Below the pieces are notes generated by a model that ran no database searches, was not told the DNA's origin, and saw only the letters and a list, made by a program, of their open reading frames with translations. Made by a program: the position numbers and the translations under genes. Positions 27,132-37,444 of a DNA stretch of 64,000 nucleotides are shown here, piece after piece; the stretch's first letter is position 1, and every line of letters starts with the position of its first letter. Source of the stretch: Bythopirellula sp. (lineage in GTDB: Bacteria > Planctomycetota > Planctomycetia > Pirellulales > Lacipirellulaceae); contig OZ244170.1 in the NCBI GenBank assembly GCA_965216565.1, positions 32,001 through 96,000 of the forward strand, in the 5' to 3' direction.

Positions 27132-29045
27132 TCAAACTGGCTCGGCTGGCCGTGTTTGTAGGTCGACCATCTCTCGGTAGTCTCCCCCGGTTTGCATGAG
27201 AGCGTCGTGTGTGCCGACTTCGACGATTTTTCCGTCTCGTAAGACTACAATCCGATCGGCATGGGCGATGGTGCTAAGTCGATGGGCAATGATAAAGCAG
27301 GTTCGGCCGTTGACGAGCATCTGTAAACTGGCCTGGATCATTCGTTCGCTCTCGGTATCGAGATTACTGGTGGCTTCGTCCATAATCAGAATTTGCGGAT
27401 CGGCCAAGACCGCGCGGGCAATTGCCAGGCGCTGCCGTTGTCCGCCGCTCAGTCTTACGCCTCGTTCGCCAATTACCGTTTCGAAACCGTTCGGCAACGT
27501 CTCGATAAACTCCGTGGCATTGGCCACATCAGCCGCGGTTCGAATGTCGTCGAGGGTGGCACTGCGATCTGCATAACCAATGTTGGCTGCGACGGTGCCG
27601 TCAAAGAGAAAAACATCTTGTTCCACAATTCCGATCAAACGGCGATAACTCTCCAAATCGTACACCCGTAGTTCATTGCCATCGAGTGATATCCGGCCTT
27701 CGATTGGATCGTAGAAGCGGGCGATCAGGTTGCAGAGAGTCGTCTTGCCTGCGCCACTGGGACCCACCAATGCGATTGTTTCCCCGGGTGCGACCGTCAG
27801 CGAAAAATCCTGCAATGCCGGCCGATCCGCATTGGGATAGGAAAAGGTGACATCCTCGAATTCAAACTTGCCTACGAACCGTTCTTTGCTGGCCTTGATA
27901 GTTGGAGTGTCGGTGTCCAATTCTCTTGGTTCTTGAAGCAAATCGAGAACCCGATCGAATCCGGATAAGCTATTTTGAAACGCAGCAGCGCTCTGAGCCA
28001 GAACGGCAAGGGGGGCGAGCAGCATCAGCAAATACACGAGAAACATCATCAGTTCGCCGAGCGTTAGGTTCCCTTCCAAAACTCGCCAACCGCCGTAGAG
28101 CAATAGAGCCGCGGAGGCCAGGGGAACGAGGGTTTCCCAGACGATTTCTACGATTCGCATCCACCACCAGGCATACAACTCTTGTCGGCCCATAAGATGG
28201 TTGCCACGCATAATGCGGTTCGACTCGGCCTGTTGCCGACTGAACGCCCGAACGACTCGCGAACCCCCGAATGCTTCGGTCGCTAAGGCATCGACTTCTT
28301 CACGTTGTGCGCGGACTCTGCGGAATTGTGGTCGGATTCGGCCAATCCAAGTGCGGTGGGAGATATACACGAGCGGCACAAGGACGAGTGCCCCCAACAG
28401 CAACCGCCAATCGACCCAAGCCAAAACCACCATGCTGCCCAGGAGCTGGATCACCGCTCTCCAAGGATTGTAGAGCAAGCCGAAAACCAGATCCCCGACG
28501 CTACCTGCGTCTTGGCGCAAGATGCTCGCGGCTCCCCCCGACTTGAGTTCTTGCATCCGATGCAATGGCAATCGCAGTGCCTGGTTGATGACCCTCCGGC
28601 GAACAGACATCTGCAGGAGCTTGGTCACTCGCGTCGCGTGCCATCGGCCCCAAACACGCAGGGTGATTTGAATGACCGAAACCGTCAGCACGCCTCCGCA
28701 AATCCAAAGCAACAGGGGCCAGGGATCGCTTGGTACCCAGTCAGGCACGTATTCGGGCAGCGGTTCAGTTCCTAAGACGTTGTCGACAACAAACTTGGTT
28801 GCTGCCGGTGGCAAGAGCGATAAGACAGTCGCCACAGTCAGCGTTCCAAGCGAGAATGCGAGGCTTGCCCAATGCCCCCGCGAGAGCTGGAAGAAGCTGC
28901 GGATCAATTCGATTGCAGAACGTTCGCGCCCTCTCCGCTTTTCTGTCGTGCCATGCGGATGTGCAGGGCCATCGCTGCCTGTCCGAAATTCTTCCTTATA
29001 GTTTTCAAACCGTCTGCGAGATGGTTCGTTGATTCTGCTCGCCAA
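27132..29045 (-). CDS. ABC exporter with fused permease and ATP-binding domains (MsbA/MdlB-like)
   Basis: TM domain plus GPSGAGKT, LSGGQRQR, ILIMDEATSNLD, IAHRLSTI. Confidence 0.93.
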   Translation of the reverse strand: MASRINEPSRRRFENYKEEFRTGSDGPAHPHGTTEKRRGRERSAIELIRSFFQLSRGHWASLAFSLGTLTVATVLSLLPPAATKFVVDNVLGTEPLPEYVPDWVPSDPWPLLLWICGGVLTVSVIQITLRVWGRWHATRVTKLLQMSVRRRVINQALRLPLHRMQELKSGGAASILRQDAGSVGDLVFGLLYNPWRAVIQLLGSMVVLAWVDWRLLLGALVLVPLVYISHRTWIGRIRPQFRRVRAQREEVDALATEAFGGSRVVRAFSRQQAESNRIMRGNHLMGRQELYAWWWMRIVEIVWETLVPLASAALLLYGGWRVLEGNLTLGELMMFLVYLLMLLAPLAVLAQSAAAFQNSLSGFDRVLDLLQEPRELDTDTPTIKASKERFVGKFEFEDVTFSYPNADRPALQDFSLTVAPGETIALVGPSGAGKTTLCNLIARFYDPIEGRISLDGNELRVYDLESYRRLIGIVEQDVFLFDGTVAANIGYADRSATLDDIRTAADVANATEFIETLPNGFETVIGERGVRLSGGQRQRLAIARAVLADPQILIMDEATSNLDTESERMIQASLQMLVNGRTCFIIAHRLSTIAHADRIVVLRDGKIVEVGTHDALMQTGGDYREMVDLQTRPAEPV

Positions 29046-29334
29046 AGTGCCTCTCCCATGTTCTGTGCTGCTCGTAGCTGAATAGTCATTCTAGGCATCT
29101 CGATTTGGAAAGGCATTCCCGGAAACTTCTGACGTTCCATACTCCCAGTCCTGGAACTTCCGATATTCCGATGCAATTTCACCCAGATTCCGCACCGGTA
29201 CCGCCTTCGTGGAAGCGAATCCGGCCTGACGTCTTTCATAAGTTCTAGATCCCATTTGTCCTTGTTTTACAGATAATTGAGAGCAAGCAAACGTTTCGGA
29301 TTAGGGTGACAATCAGATTTTCTTGTAGAATTAT

Positions 29335-29362
29335 TTGACATAAACAGACAGGTCTGTATATT
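29335..29362 (+). promoter_or_regulatory. Sigma70 promoter with embedded TetR operator 1
   Basis: TTGACA-16 nt-TATATT; palindrome ACAGAC-AG-GTCTGT (29344-29357) in the spacer; ATG starts 7 nt after the -10. Confidence 0.75.
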
Positions 29363-29368
29363 TCGGGT

Positions 29369-29944
29369 ATGAGCAAGTCAAAATTGAAAACCTCTGCCGC
29401 TAGAGACCGAATCATCGAAACTGCCGAGCGCCTGTTCTACGACGAGGGCATTCGGGCGGTTGGCATTGATCGCATCGTTGACGAGGCCAATGTCGCAAAA
29501 ATGACTCTCTACAATCACTTCAAATCTAAGGATGATTTAGTACTGGCTGTTCTTGAGTACCGAGAGGAACAAGTTACTGAGATGTTTGAGAAACGTCTGG
29601 GCAAAAAGATTGGTAAGGGATGCGATCCGCTAGAGGCGTTTTTCGAGGTACTCAAGGAGTGGTTCGAGAATCCCGGCTTTCGCGGCTGCTCTTTCATCAA
29701 TGCATCGGTGGAGTTGGCCGACCCGACTCACCAGGCTTCACAATTTGCAGCAGCTCATAAGCAACGGTTTCAAAAGATGATTGCTCAGGTACTTAAACAG
29801 GGTGGCTATGCCAAGGCCACGAGTCTCGCTCCGGTGATCAGCATGCTTGTTGAGGGAGCGATCGTAACGGCAGTGATGCAGCAGTCATCCAAGTCAGCGA
29901 GCGTTGCGCGTAGAGCAGCTTTGTCCCTTGCCAACCAAACCTAA
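29369..29944 (+). CDS. TetR/AcrR family transcriptional regulator
   Basis: RIIETAERLF...GIDRIVDEANVAKMTLYNHFKSKDDL; RGCSFINA. Confidence 0.95.
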   Translation: MSKSKLKTSAARDRIIETAERLFYDEGIRAVGIDRIVDEANVAKMTLYNHFKSKDDLVLAVLEYREEQVTEMFEKRLGKKIGKGCDPLEAFFEVLKEWFENPGFRGCSFINASVELADPTHQASQFAAAHKQRFQKMIAQVLKQGGYAKATSLAPVISMLVEGAIVTAVMQQSSKSASVARRAALSLANQT

Positions 29945-29982
29945 TGGAGGGCCTCAGCGATAAGTTTTTTTTGCGAGTAGAG

Positions 29983-30004
29983 ATAGACAGACCAGTCTGT
30001 TTAT
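29983..30004. promoter_or_regulatory. TetR operator 2
   Basis: ATAGACAGAC-CA-GTCTGTTTAT, same core as operator 1, upstream of the hydrolase gene. Confidence 0.75.
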
Positions 30005-30067
30005 GAAGCGCCCGCGCATGGGGCTACTAAAAGACACGACAAACACAATCACAATTGGAGTACTAAA

Positions 30068-31033
30068 ATGAACGCACTTGCAATCGGTATCAAAACAACG
30101 GTCCTCGTATTTCTTTTGAACTTAATGACGGCAAATTCCGTGGGTTTGGCAGACGAGCATCAGCATATCGCCTATAAGTCGGTCACGGTTGAAGATATCG
30201 AGTTGTTTTATCGCGAGGCTGGTCCTCGAGATGCTCCGACGGTGTTATTGTTGCACGGATTTCCAACCTCATCGCACATGTTCCGCGACCTCATTCCGAT
30301 ACTCGCCCGTAAGTATCATGTTGTCGCGCCAGATTATCCAGGTTTCGGGTACAGCTCAGCTCCCAGCGTCGAAGAATTTGACTACACCTTCGACCATCTC
30401 GGGAGCATCATCGAGAGTTTTACTGAGAAAATTGGTTTGAAAAAGTATTCACTTTATCTCATGGATTATGGGGCACCGATCGGTTTTCGACTGGCTGCCA
30501 AGCATCCAGATCGTGTGGAAACGCTAATTATTCAGAACGGCAATGCCTATGACGAAGGCATAGATAACGACTTCTGGAAACCCATCAAAGAGTATTGGAA
30601 AAATCGGTCTGAAGAAAATGGTAACCAGCTAAGAAACCTGTTGACGGTTGACGCAACGAAATGGCAATACACCCATGGTGTGCGCGACGTAGGTGTGATT
30701 AGTCCCGACACTTGGAATCACGTTCAACCCCTACTTGACCGCGGCGGCAACCAGGAGATCCAGTTGGCACTTTTTTATAGTTACGGCAGCAATCCACCGC
30801 TCTATCCTGAATGGCAAGAGTACTTTCGTCGCTTCCAGCCGCCAACGCTTATCGTGTGGGGCAAGAACGACGCCATCTTTCCGGTCGCGGGAGCTCATCC
30901 CTATAGGCGAGATCTGACTGATGTAGAATTGCATCTCTTCGATACAGGACACTTTGCACTAGAAGAGGATGGAGCGGAAATCGCCGCTCGAATGACAGAC
31001 TTCCTCGATAGAAAAACTGCGATCGCCGACTAG
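30068..31033 (+). CDS. Alpha/beta fold hydrolase (epoxide hydrolase/haloalkane dehalogenase-like), possible signal peptide
   Basis: [19 protein letters not shown], nucleophile MDYGAP, TGHFALE. Confidence 0.92.
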   Translation: MNALAIGIKTTVLVFLLNLMTANSVGLADEHQHIAYKSVTVEDIELFYREAGPRDAPTVLLLHGFPTSSHMFRDLIPILARKYHVVAPDYPGFGYSSAPSVEEFDYTFDHLGSIIESFTEKIGLKKYSLYLMDYGAPIGFRLAAKHPDRVETLIIQNGNAYDEGIDNDFWKPIKEYWKNRSEENGNQLRNLLTVDATKWQYTHGVRDVGVISPDTWNHVQPLLDRGGNQEIQLALFYSYGSNPPLYPEWQEYFRRFQPPTLIVWGKNDAIFPVAGAHPYRRDLTDVELHLFDTGHFALEEDGAEIAARMTDFLDRKTAIAD

Positions 31034-31042
31034 TGCCTTCCT

Positions 31043-31078
31043 AGCAGCGTACCCTGTAGGCTAGGGTACGCTGCTTTT
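31043..31078 (+). terminator. Hairpin or terminator after the hydrolase gene
   Basis: 13-bp stem AGCAGCGTACCCT / AGGGTACGCTGCT followed by TTT. Confidence 0.6.
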
Positions 31079-31127
31079 AGTCCGCTGAACCAGGACTTTT
31101 CTTCTTGAACTTTGAAGGGATAAAACA

Positions 31128-31598
31128 ATGCCCAGCCCTAGAGATCTCAAACCTCCATTCACGCTCGAAACCGCCACCGCTAAAGTACGGGCAGCAGAAG
31201 ATGCGTGGAATTCGCGCGATCCACTGCTGGTTGCGCGTGCTTACTCCGAGACGTCTGAATGGCGTAACCGAAGTCAGTTTCTCAAAGGACGCGAACAGAT
31301 TCGCGAATTCTTGAAAGATAAGTGGTCCAAGGAACTCGACTATCGGCTTACCAAATCTCTGTGGACCTTTTCCGAGAACCGGATCGCAGTGCGATTTCAG
31401 TATGAATATCATGATGAAGGTGGCAATTGGTTTAGAGCCTACGGGAATGAATTATGGCAATTCGATGACCAAGGTCTGATGGAGCGACGCGAAGCGAGTA
31501 TCAACGATGTCCCGATTAACGAGAAGGAGCGGAAATTCAAATGGCCGGCTCCTGGTCCGCGACCATCGGAGGATCAGGGCATACCATCGCTTCAGTAG
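31128..31598 (+). CDS. DUF1348 / NTF2-like family protein
   Basis: [48 protein letters not shown]. Confidence 0.9.
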   Translation: MPSPRDLKPPFTLETATAKVRAAEDAWNSRDPLLVARAYSETSEWRNRSQFLKGREQIREFLKDKWSKELDYRLTKSLWTFSENRIAVRFQYEYHDEGGNWFRAYGNELWQFDDQGLMERREASINDVPINEKERKFKWPAPGPRPSEDQGIPSLQ

Positions 31599-31632
31599 AT
31601 TCAGGTCCGTGGCGCCTAATAGGAATTGATAA

Positions 31633-32238
31633 ATGACTACCCACTCCAGTGACATTGCATTTACTGACTCGGTCAAGAAGATCCAGACCGCGAAGGGCTC
31701 ACGCGAAAGTTACGCCAAGGTGGAAGAGGGCAGGGGGTGGGCAACGGAAGTCACCTCTGAACTTGCCGCCTTCCTCGCTGAATTGGACATGTTTTATCTC
31801 GGGACGGCCAATGCAGCAGGTCAGCCCTATATCCAATATCGTGGCGGTGCTCCCGGTTTTCTGAGAATTATCGACAAGCAGACATTGGGGTTTGCAGATT
31901 TCGGAGGCAACCGTCAGTACATTACGCTCGGCAACCTGGCTGAGAATTCGAAGGCGTTCATCTTCTTGATGGACTATGCGAATCAACGGCGCATCAAGCT
32001 TTGGGGGCAGGCACGGGTGGTAGAAGACGATCCAGAATTGATCGAGACCCTGCGAGATTCTAACTATCCTCAACTTCCGGAACGAGCAATTTTATTCGAC
32101 CTGGAAGCTTGGGACGTCAACTGTTCTCAGCACATTCACAGGCGAGTGCTCCGGAAGGTCGCCCTGGCAAAGTTTCAGGAATTACAGGATCGAATCGAGG
32201 AGTTGGAAGCGGAACTGGCCAAATACTCAAATCAATAG
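31633..32238 (+). CDS. Pyridoxamine 5'-phosphate oxidase-like FMN-binding protein
   Basis: FYLGTANAAGQPYIQYRGG, ADFGGNRQYITLGNL, AWDVNCSQHI. Confidence 0.88.
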   Translation: MTTHSSDIAFTDSVKKIQTAKGSRESYAKVEEGRGWATEVTSELAAFLAELDMFYLGTANAAGQPYIQYRGGAPGFLRIIDKQTLGFADFGGNRQYITLGNLAENSKAFIFLMDYANQRRIKLWGQARVVEDDPELIETLRDSNYPQLPERAILFDLEAWDVNCSQHIHRRVLRKVALAKFQELQDRIEELEAELAKYSNQ

Positions 32239-32295
32239 GTGTCCAGGATCTCGATCGGTTGCTAGAAACTACTGGCAACCCACAATCAGAGACTC

Positions 32296-33591
32296 TTGAA
32301 GGACTCCGCGAGGATGGATCGAAATTCTCTTTATCTGCCAACCTTGTTTCTAACTCTCATCTCAGCACTGGTGCCGGTGGTGCGACTTGCTGCGAGTGAA
32401 GTGGCTGATGAAAGCGAAGTCAACTTAGCCTGGCCGCAATGGCGAGGGCCAAACCGTGATGGTCGTGTTAGCGGTTCTCACTGGCCGAGCAAGCTCAATG
32501 ACTCTTCGCTCAAGAAGAATTGGAGCCTGCCTCTGGGGCCCAGCTACTCAGGCCCAATCGTCAGCAAGAATCTGGTGTTCACTACAGAAACTCGCGATGA
32601 GAAAGAAGAGGTGGTCTACGCCATTAATCGCGAAACCGGTGAGCAACAGTGGAGCCAGACCTGGCAGGGTGCTATGAAAGTTCCTTTTTTTGCAGCGTCA
32701 AACGGGAGCTGGATTCGTTCGACGCCTGCTTACGATGGCGAGCGACTGTACGTGGCTGGAATGCGTGACGTTCTAGTCTGTTTCGACGCCGAAAGTGGTG
32801 AGCAGCTCTGGAAAGTCGATTTCGTCAACGAGTTTGATACCCCGCTACCAAAGTTCGGATTCGTCTGTTCGCCTCTGGTAGATCAAGATGCAGCGTACGT
32901 ACAAGCGGGAGCGAGTGTCGTGAAGCTAAACAAACGCACTGGCAACGTTTTGTGGCGGGCTGCTGAAGATGGGGGTGGCATGTTTGGTTCTGCTTTTTCG
33001 TCCCCAATAATTGCAACTGTGTCGGGCCAAAGGCAGCTTCTCGCGCAAACGAGGCAAAAGTTGACCGGTATTGATCTAAAGAAAGGCGAAGTGCTGTGGT
33101 CCCAGGAGGTCCCTGCTTTCCGTGGTATGAATATTCTCACGCCGTTGCCTTACCGCGACGGAATATTTACCAGCACATACCAGCGTGGTTCCTGGCTTTA
33201 TCAGGTTTCTTTGGCGGATGGCACATTTCAAGTCTCCGAAGCTTGGACGAGCAATGCTCAGGGCTATATGTCGACGCCCGTCATCGTAAACGATCATGTC
33301 TACATGCATTTGCAAAACGGACGCTTCACATGCATCGACTTGGCCACGGGGGAGAGAATGTGGACTTCGAAACCTTATGGCAAGTATGCCAGTCTCGTGA
33401 CTCAAGATGAACGAATTTTGGCACTTCTCTCGGATGGCCGCCTGTTGTTGCTAAGTGCTAATCCCAAGGAATTTGAGCCTCTGGGTAACGTAACTCTCAC
33501 CGACGCCGAAACTTGGGCTCACCTGGCAATTGACGGGAACATGCTTTTCGTCCGTGAACTTAATGCTCTCTCAGCCTACCGTTGGCAATAG
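32296..33591 (+). CDS. PQQ-like beta-propeller protein (planctomycete BamB-like family)
   Basis: Signal peptide, WPQWRGPNRDG, repeated W-x-SP blades; the start may instead be ATG 32314. Confidence 0.88.
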   Translation: MKDSARMDRNSLYLPTLFLTLISALVPVVRLAASEVADESEVNLAWPQWRGPNRDGRVSGSHWPSKLNDSSLKKNWSLPLGPSYSGPIVSKNLVFTTETRDEKEEVVYAINRETGEQQWSQTWQGAMKVPFFAASNGSWIRSTPAYDGERLYVAGMRDVLVCFDAESGEQLWKVDFVNEFDTPLPKFGFVCSPLVDQDAAYVQAGASVVKLNKRTGNVLWRAAEDGGGMFGSAFSSPIIATVSGQRQLLAQTRQKLTGIDLKKGEVLWSQEVPAFRGMNILTPLPYRDGIFTSTYQRGSWLYQVSLADGTFQVSEAWTSNAQGYMSTPVIVNDHVYMHLQNGRFTCIDLATGERMWTSKPYGKYASLVTQDERILALLSDGRLLLLSANPKEFEPLGNVTLTDAETWAHLAIDGNMLFVRELNALSAYRWQ

Positions 33592-33774
33592 TCAGTTCAT
33601 GGTTTTACGCATGAGTGACAAGCGTCAGCTCTCTTCCAAGAGTGTGTCGGAGGATGCGCTGCCGGACTTGGGCTAAGAAAATTCGTTCATTCTTATGAAT
33701 GTTAGGTTTTCAATTACTTGAGCGAAACTAATTAGTATCTGTGTTAACTAATTTCTTTCTAGCGGAGTAGCATC

Positions 33775-34437
33775 ATGAGCTTCAAAAAACCTGTCCTCCA
33801 TCTGCTTCTGGCAACATTCGTCATCTCCATGGTTCCAACAACCTCGGCAGAAGCATTTTTTTTCGATTTTTTCAAAAGAAGAAAGCGAAATCTGCCAACC
33901 ATCGCTGAAGTTGTGATTAATTCGCAGCCGGATGAGTTCTCGACGCTCCTGACGGGCGTGCTCGCTGTGACAGAAGATCCCAACTTGCCTGACTTGGTTG
34001 ATGCCCTTTTCAACGCACCTCTCACGGTGTTTGCTCCTACGGATGCAGCCTTTGCCGAATTGGGACTCGATTCAAGCAACATTGCAACAGCGTTGCCCTT
34101 ACCAGTGCTCTCCGACATCCTGCTCTACCACGTCACACCGGGTAAGAAAGGTGCCATACGACTGTTGATAGAAGGCGAAGCTGAAATGCTCAATGGCGAT
34201 TCGACAGATATCGATCTTTCATTCTGGCCATTCGGAGTTTATGTAAATGATGCCCGCGTAGTCGATGCGAATATTCGTGCCAGAAACGGGTTCGTTCATG
34301 TGATTGATCAAGTGTTGATGCCACCAATGGACGCACCACCTTCGGCAGTTGGAATCTCAAACATTCCTGAGCCCTCCAGCATTGCCCTCAGTCTGAGTTC
34401 ATGCGGATTGCTCCTAGTCCGTCGTCGTCGTCAATAA
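33775..34437 (+). CDS. Fasciclin (FAS1) domain protein with PEP-CTERM
   Basis: TVFAPTDAAF, ILLYHV, NGFVHVIDQVLMP; C-terminal IPEPSS...RRRRQ. Confidence 0.9.
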   Translation: MSFKKPVLHLLLATFVISMVPTTSAEAFFFDFFKRRKRNLPTIAEVVINSQPDEFSTLLTGVLAVTEDPNLPDLVDALFNAPLTVFAPTDAAFAELGLDSSNIATALPLPVLSDILLYHVTPGKKGAIRLLIEGEAEMLNGDSTDIDLSFWPFGVYVNDARVVDANIRARNGFVHVIDQVLMPPMDAPPSAVGISNIPEPSSIALSLSSCGLLLVRRRRQ

Positions 34438-34461
34438 CAGCCGACTTCTTAGACCAAAGAG

Positions 34462-34495
34462 AACCCTGGTCGCCCAACGCGACCAGGGTTTTTTT
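34462..34495. terminator. Intrinsic terminator between convergent genes
   Basis: AACCCTGGTCGC-CCAAC-GCGACCAGGGTT followed by a T tract. Confidence 0.8.
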
Positions 34496-34519
34496 GTATT
34501 TCACGCGGAGCATAGCTGC

Positions 34520-35008
34520 TTAGTAGCGGCTACCGCTTTTGCGAAGGTGGACCATCGGGGCGACGTCGCTGTTGACCTTACCGCGTACGACTCTTGCGAC
34601 GAAGATTCGGTGATCTCCGGAGTCGACATGTCCAGTTGGCTCGCATTCCAGGTGACCACAGCATTCCTCCAGGATGGGAACGCCGCGGGGACAATGGCTA
34701 ATCTTGAGTCCCTCGAAGGCGGGTTCATCGGGCGCGAACCCTTTGCCAAAGTGTTTGAGCATGTTGTTCTGCATCTCGGCCACGACATTCAGAACGAATG
34801 GCTCACCGGCGGTTAACCAATCGCACACGTAGCGATCTAGTTTTACGGCCACGGTAACAGAGGGTGGTTCGAAACCGGCCTGCATCACCCAACTAGCGAG
34901 CATGCCGGTAGATCTCTCGGCTGTGCCTGCTGTGAGGATGAATATTCCGCTGGTGACCCTGCCAAGGGCTCCGTCGAGGTCATTGCTGCTCATTGTGTTT
35001 GCTTTCAT
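34520..35008 (-). CDS. Flavin reductase family protein
   Basis: GMLASWVMQAGFEPP, GDHRIFVARV; alternative start at 34993. Confidence 0.9.
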   Translation of the reverse strand: MKANTMSSNDLDGALGRVTSGIFILTAGTAERSTGMLASWVMQAGFEPPSVTVAVKLDRYVCDWLTAGEPFVLNVVAEMQNNMLKHFGKGFAPDEPAFEGLKISHCPRGVPILEECCGHLECEPTGHVDSGDHRIFVARVVRGKVNSDVAPMVHLRKSGSRY

Positions 35009-35060
35009 TGCATCCCCGGGCAGAGCCCGGGGCTATTAATGTGTTCAGCTAAAATTGTGT

Positions 35061-35369
35061 TCAACGTTTGACTTGTCGTCCGAGTTTCTGCTCGACGCTG
35101 TCGACCTTGGCCGCGAGGCGCCCTTGCTGACCGTGACGATAGTCGAGCTTGGCGGTACATGTGACGCGACCGGAGTGTGTAGCCATTTTTTCGATGCATT
35201 GCTGCATCAGCGTCAAGACTTCAGACAACTCTCCCTCAACGACCGTACCCATGGCGTGGAGGCGATAGTCGAGTCCGCTTTGGTCGACCAAGTCGACGCA
35301 TTCGGTGACGTACTGGCTGACGCTCTCGCCCTTGCCCATTGGTACGATGCTCATCTCTAGCAATACCAT
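35061..35369 (-). CDS. MTH1187/YkoF family thiamine-binding protein
   Basis: SIVPMGKGESVSQYV, YRLHAMGTVVEG, KVDSVEQKLG. Confidence 0.9.
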   Translation of the reverse strand: MVLLEMSIVPMGKGESVSQYVTECVDLVDQSGLDYRLHAMGTVVEGELSEVLTLMQQCIEKMATHSGRVTCTAKLDYRHGQQGRLAAKVDSVEQKLGRQVKR

Positions 35370-35616
35370 GATTTGAGCTTCGCAATGTAAGGTTTAAGTT
35401 GGCAGAACACCGATGTTTTCTCATTCTACAAGGCCTTGAGCCGGTGTCGACCACTATTGCTAGCACATGTACTTTAGTGAGCTAACTCACGAAAAAAACG
35501 CGCATTCGCAAGATGATCGACCTTCATACGAAATCCAGAATCAAATACCCTACGTCGCCCTGCGGAACTGTCTTTCAAAGCTGAAACTCGCGCAATCGTA
35601 ATCGTTGCGACTCACC

Positions 35617-36678
35617 ATGCTACCTGTACGCCTAACCTTTGGATTGCTACTGCTCTGTCACTGGCTGCCCGCGTCTGGGTTGGCTCAGCAGGCTCCTATT
35701 TGGCAACCGTATCGGGCTGAGGAGGTTCAACCGCCGATCGTTGGCCAGATCGCATCCGACTTGCCAGGGCTCCCCATTGATGCTCTTACCGATCCTGAAC
35801 TTGAGGTAATGTGTGGGAGTTGCTCGACGTCGTGTCCGCCACACTATGCGGCGCCTGTGTATGTGAACGCTCCCTATGGCGATCCCGTCCTGGCACCGTT
35901 AGCGGATGCAGAAACATGGCAGTGGCATGTGTTGCCGAGCGACTTGCTTTGGCATTCCTACTTGGCTGGAGCCAAGGAGTCTCGCATTTCAGGGACCTGG
36001 TTTGGAGAAACTAACAGCGACGCCGGATTACTCGATGTCAGCCTGGGCGGTCGGTCCTCGGTCTTGCGCTACGGCACCTATCGTGAAGGCCAATCGGAGG
36101 GATGGGAATTGCAGCTCGAAGGAGCCGCCATTTTGCGATTGAATTTGGACCACAACTGGGACTTTGATCTTTCGGACTTTCGCTTTGGAGTGCCGATCAT
36201 TTACTCACGCGGAAATTCGCAATGGAAGTTTTCCTACTACCACCTCAGTTCGCACTTAGGGGACGAGTTAGCTATCCGAGAAGGCAATCTAGCTAGCCGC
36301 ATCAACTATAGCCGCGACGTCTTGGTGCTGGGCTATTCGTTGTTCCCCGTCGAAGCATTGCGGTTGTATGCCGAGATCGGTTACGCGTTTTATAACGATG
36401 GTGGTTCTGAGCCCTGGGAGTTTCAGTTTGGTTTCGATTACTCTCAGCCTGGGCCAACTGGTGCCATTGGAACGCCGTTTGTTGCCGTCAATGGCCACCT
36501 CCGCGAAGAAGTCGACTTCGGCGGCAACTTCTCGACCCAAGCGGGTTGGCTTTGGCGTGGAAAGAGCGGCAAGGTATTACGCACAGGCCTTCACTATTAC
36601 AACGGCAAGAGCCCCCAGTTTCAAACCTTTGACGAGTTTGAACAGCACATTGGCGTTGGGCTGTGGCACGACTTCTAA
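35617..36678 (+). CDS. DUF1207 family putative outer-membrane beta-barrel protein
   Basis: Signal peptide, SYLAGAKESR, DFRFGVP, YYHLSSHLGDE, C-terminal aromatic residue. Confidence 0.8.
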   Translation: MLPVRLTFGLLLLCHWLPASGLAQQAPIWQPYRAEEVQPPIVGQIASDLPGLPIDALTDPELEVMCGSCSTSCPPHYAAPVYVNAPYGDPVLAPLADAETWQWHVLPSDLLWHSYLAGAKESRISGTWFGETNSDAGLLDVSLGGRSSVLRYGTYREGQSEGWELQLEGAAILRLNLDHNWDFDLSDFRFGVPIIYSRGNSQWKFSYYHLSSHLGDELAIREGNLASRINYSRDVLVLGYSLFPVEALRLYAEIGYAFYNDGGSEPWEFQFGFDYSQPGPTGAIGTPFVAVNGHLREEVDFGGNFSTQAGWLWRGKSGKVLRTGLHYYNGKSPQFQTFDEFEQHIGVGLWHDF

Positions 36679-36757
36679 GCGGGCCCGCTTTTCGTGGAAC
36701 AAACCCCAAGCGTCGCCACGGCTAGGCACACTGGCGGCAACACTTTAGAATGCCTAA

Positions 36758-37444
36758 ATGAGACAAAGTCTAGCTGACTACAAGGTGTTCTGGCGGGAAT
36801 TCCGCGAAACATTTCACACCACTGGCTCGGTCATCCCGAGCGGTCCGTCGCTGGCGCGTGCCTTAGCAAGCGAGGTAAAACCTGGCACCAAGCCGAGCAA
36901 GATTCTCGAGGCTGGCCCAGGGACAGGTGCCGTGACCGCGTGCCTTGTCGAGAAGCTTGGACCAGAGGATCAACTCGACCTGGTTGAGCTTAATGAGCGT
37001 TTTGTCGAGGTACTCCAGCAGCGGTTCGAAACCGATCCGAAGTGGAACCGTGTTGCCAATCAGGTTCGCATCTTAAATATTCCGCTGCAGGAACTTCCCG
37101 GTACGGCAGAGTACGACCGCATTGTTTCTGGCTTGCCTTTGAGCAACTTTTCGTGTGAGCTCGTGGAAGAGTTGTTTCAACATTACCATCGCGTCGCTGC
37201 CCCGCGGGCGATGCTGAGTTTCTTTGAGTACATCGCGGTTCGCAAAGTAAAAGCTCTATGGAGTAGTCGACCTGAACGACTAAGACTTTCGGGCATCGAT
37301 CGTATCTTCCACCGGGAATTTTCTTCCTGGGAAATCTCTAAGCAATGTATTTTGCCAAACGTGTCGCCTGCTTGGGTGCATCATCTGCAGATGCCCGGAG
37401 GAGTTTCTCAACCTGAACCTGAGCTTTTGGTTGCGGCGACATGA
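36758..37444 (+). CDS. Phospholipid/ornithine-lipid N-methyltransferase family (PmtA/OlsG-like)
   Basis: TGSVIPSGPSLARAL, ILEAGPGTGAVT, VELNERF, IVSGLPLSNF. Confidence 0.8.
   Translation: MRQSLADYKVFWREFRETFHTTGSVIPSGPSLARALASEVKPGTKPSKILEAGPGTGAVTACLVEKLGPEDQLDLVELNERFVEVLQQRFETDPKWNRVANQVRILNIPLQELPGTAEYDRIVSGLPLSNFSCELVEELFQHYHRVAAPRAMLSFFEYIAVRKVKALWSSRPERLRLSGIDRIFHREFSSWEISKQCILPNVSPAWVHHLQMPGGVSQPEPELLVAAT

Noticed and set aside
27114..33591. Integrase-driven genomic island at tRNA-Pro
   Set aside because: No integrase or transposase, and the tRNA 3' duplication lies only ~350 bp from the tRNA, so it does not enclose these genes
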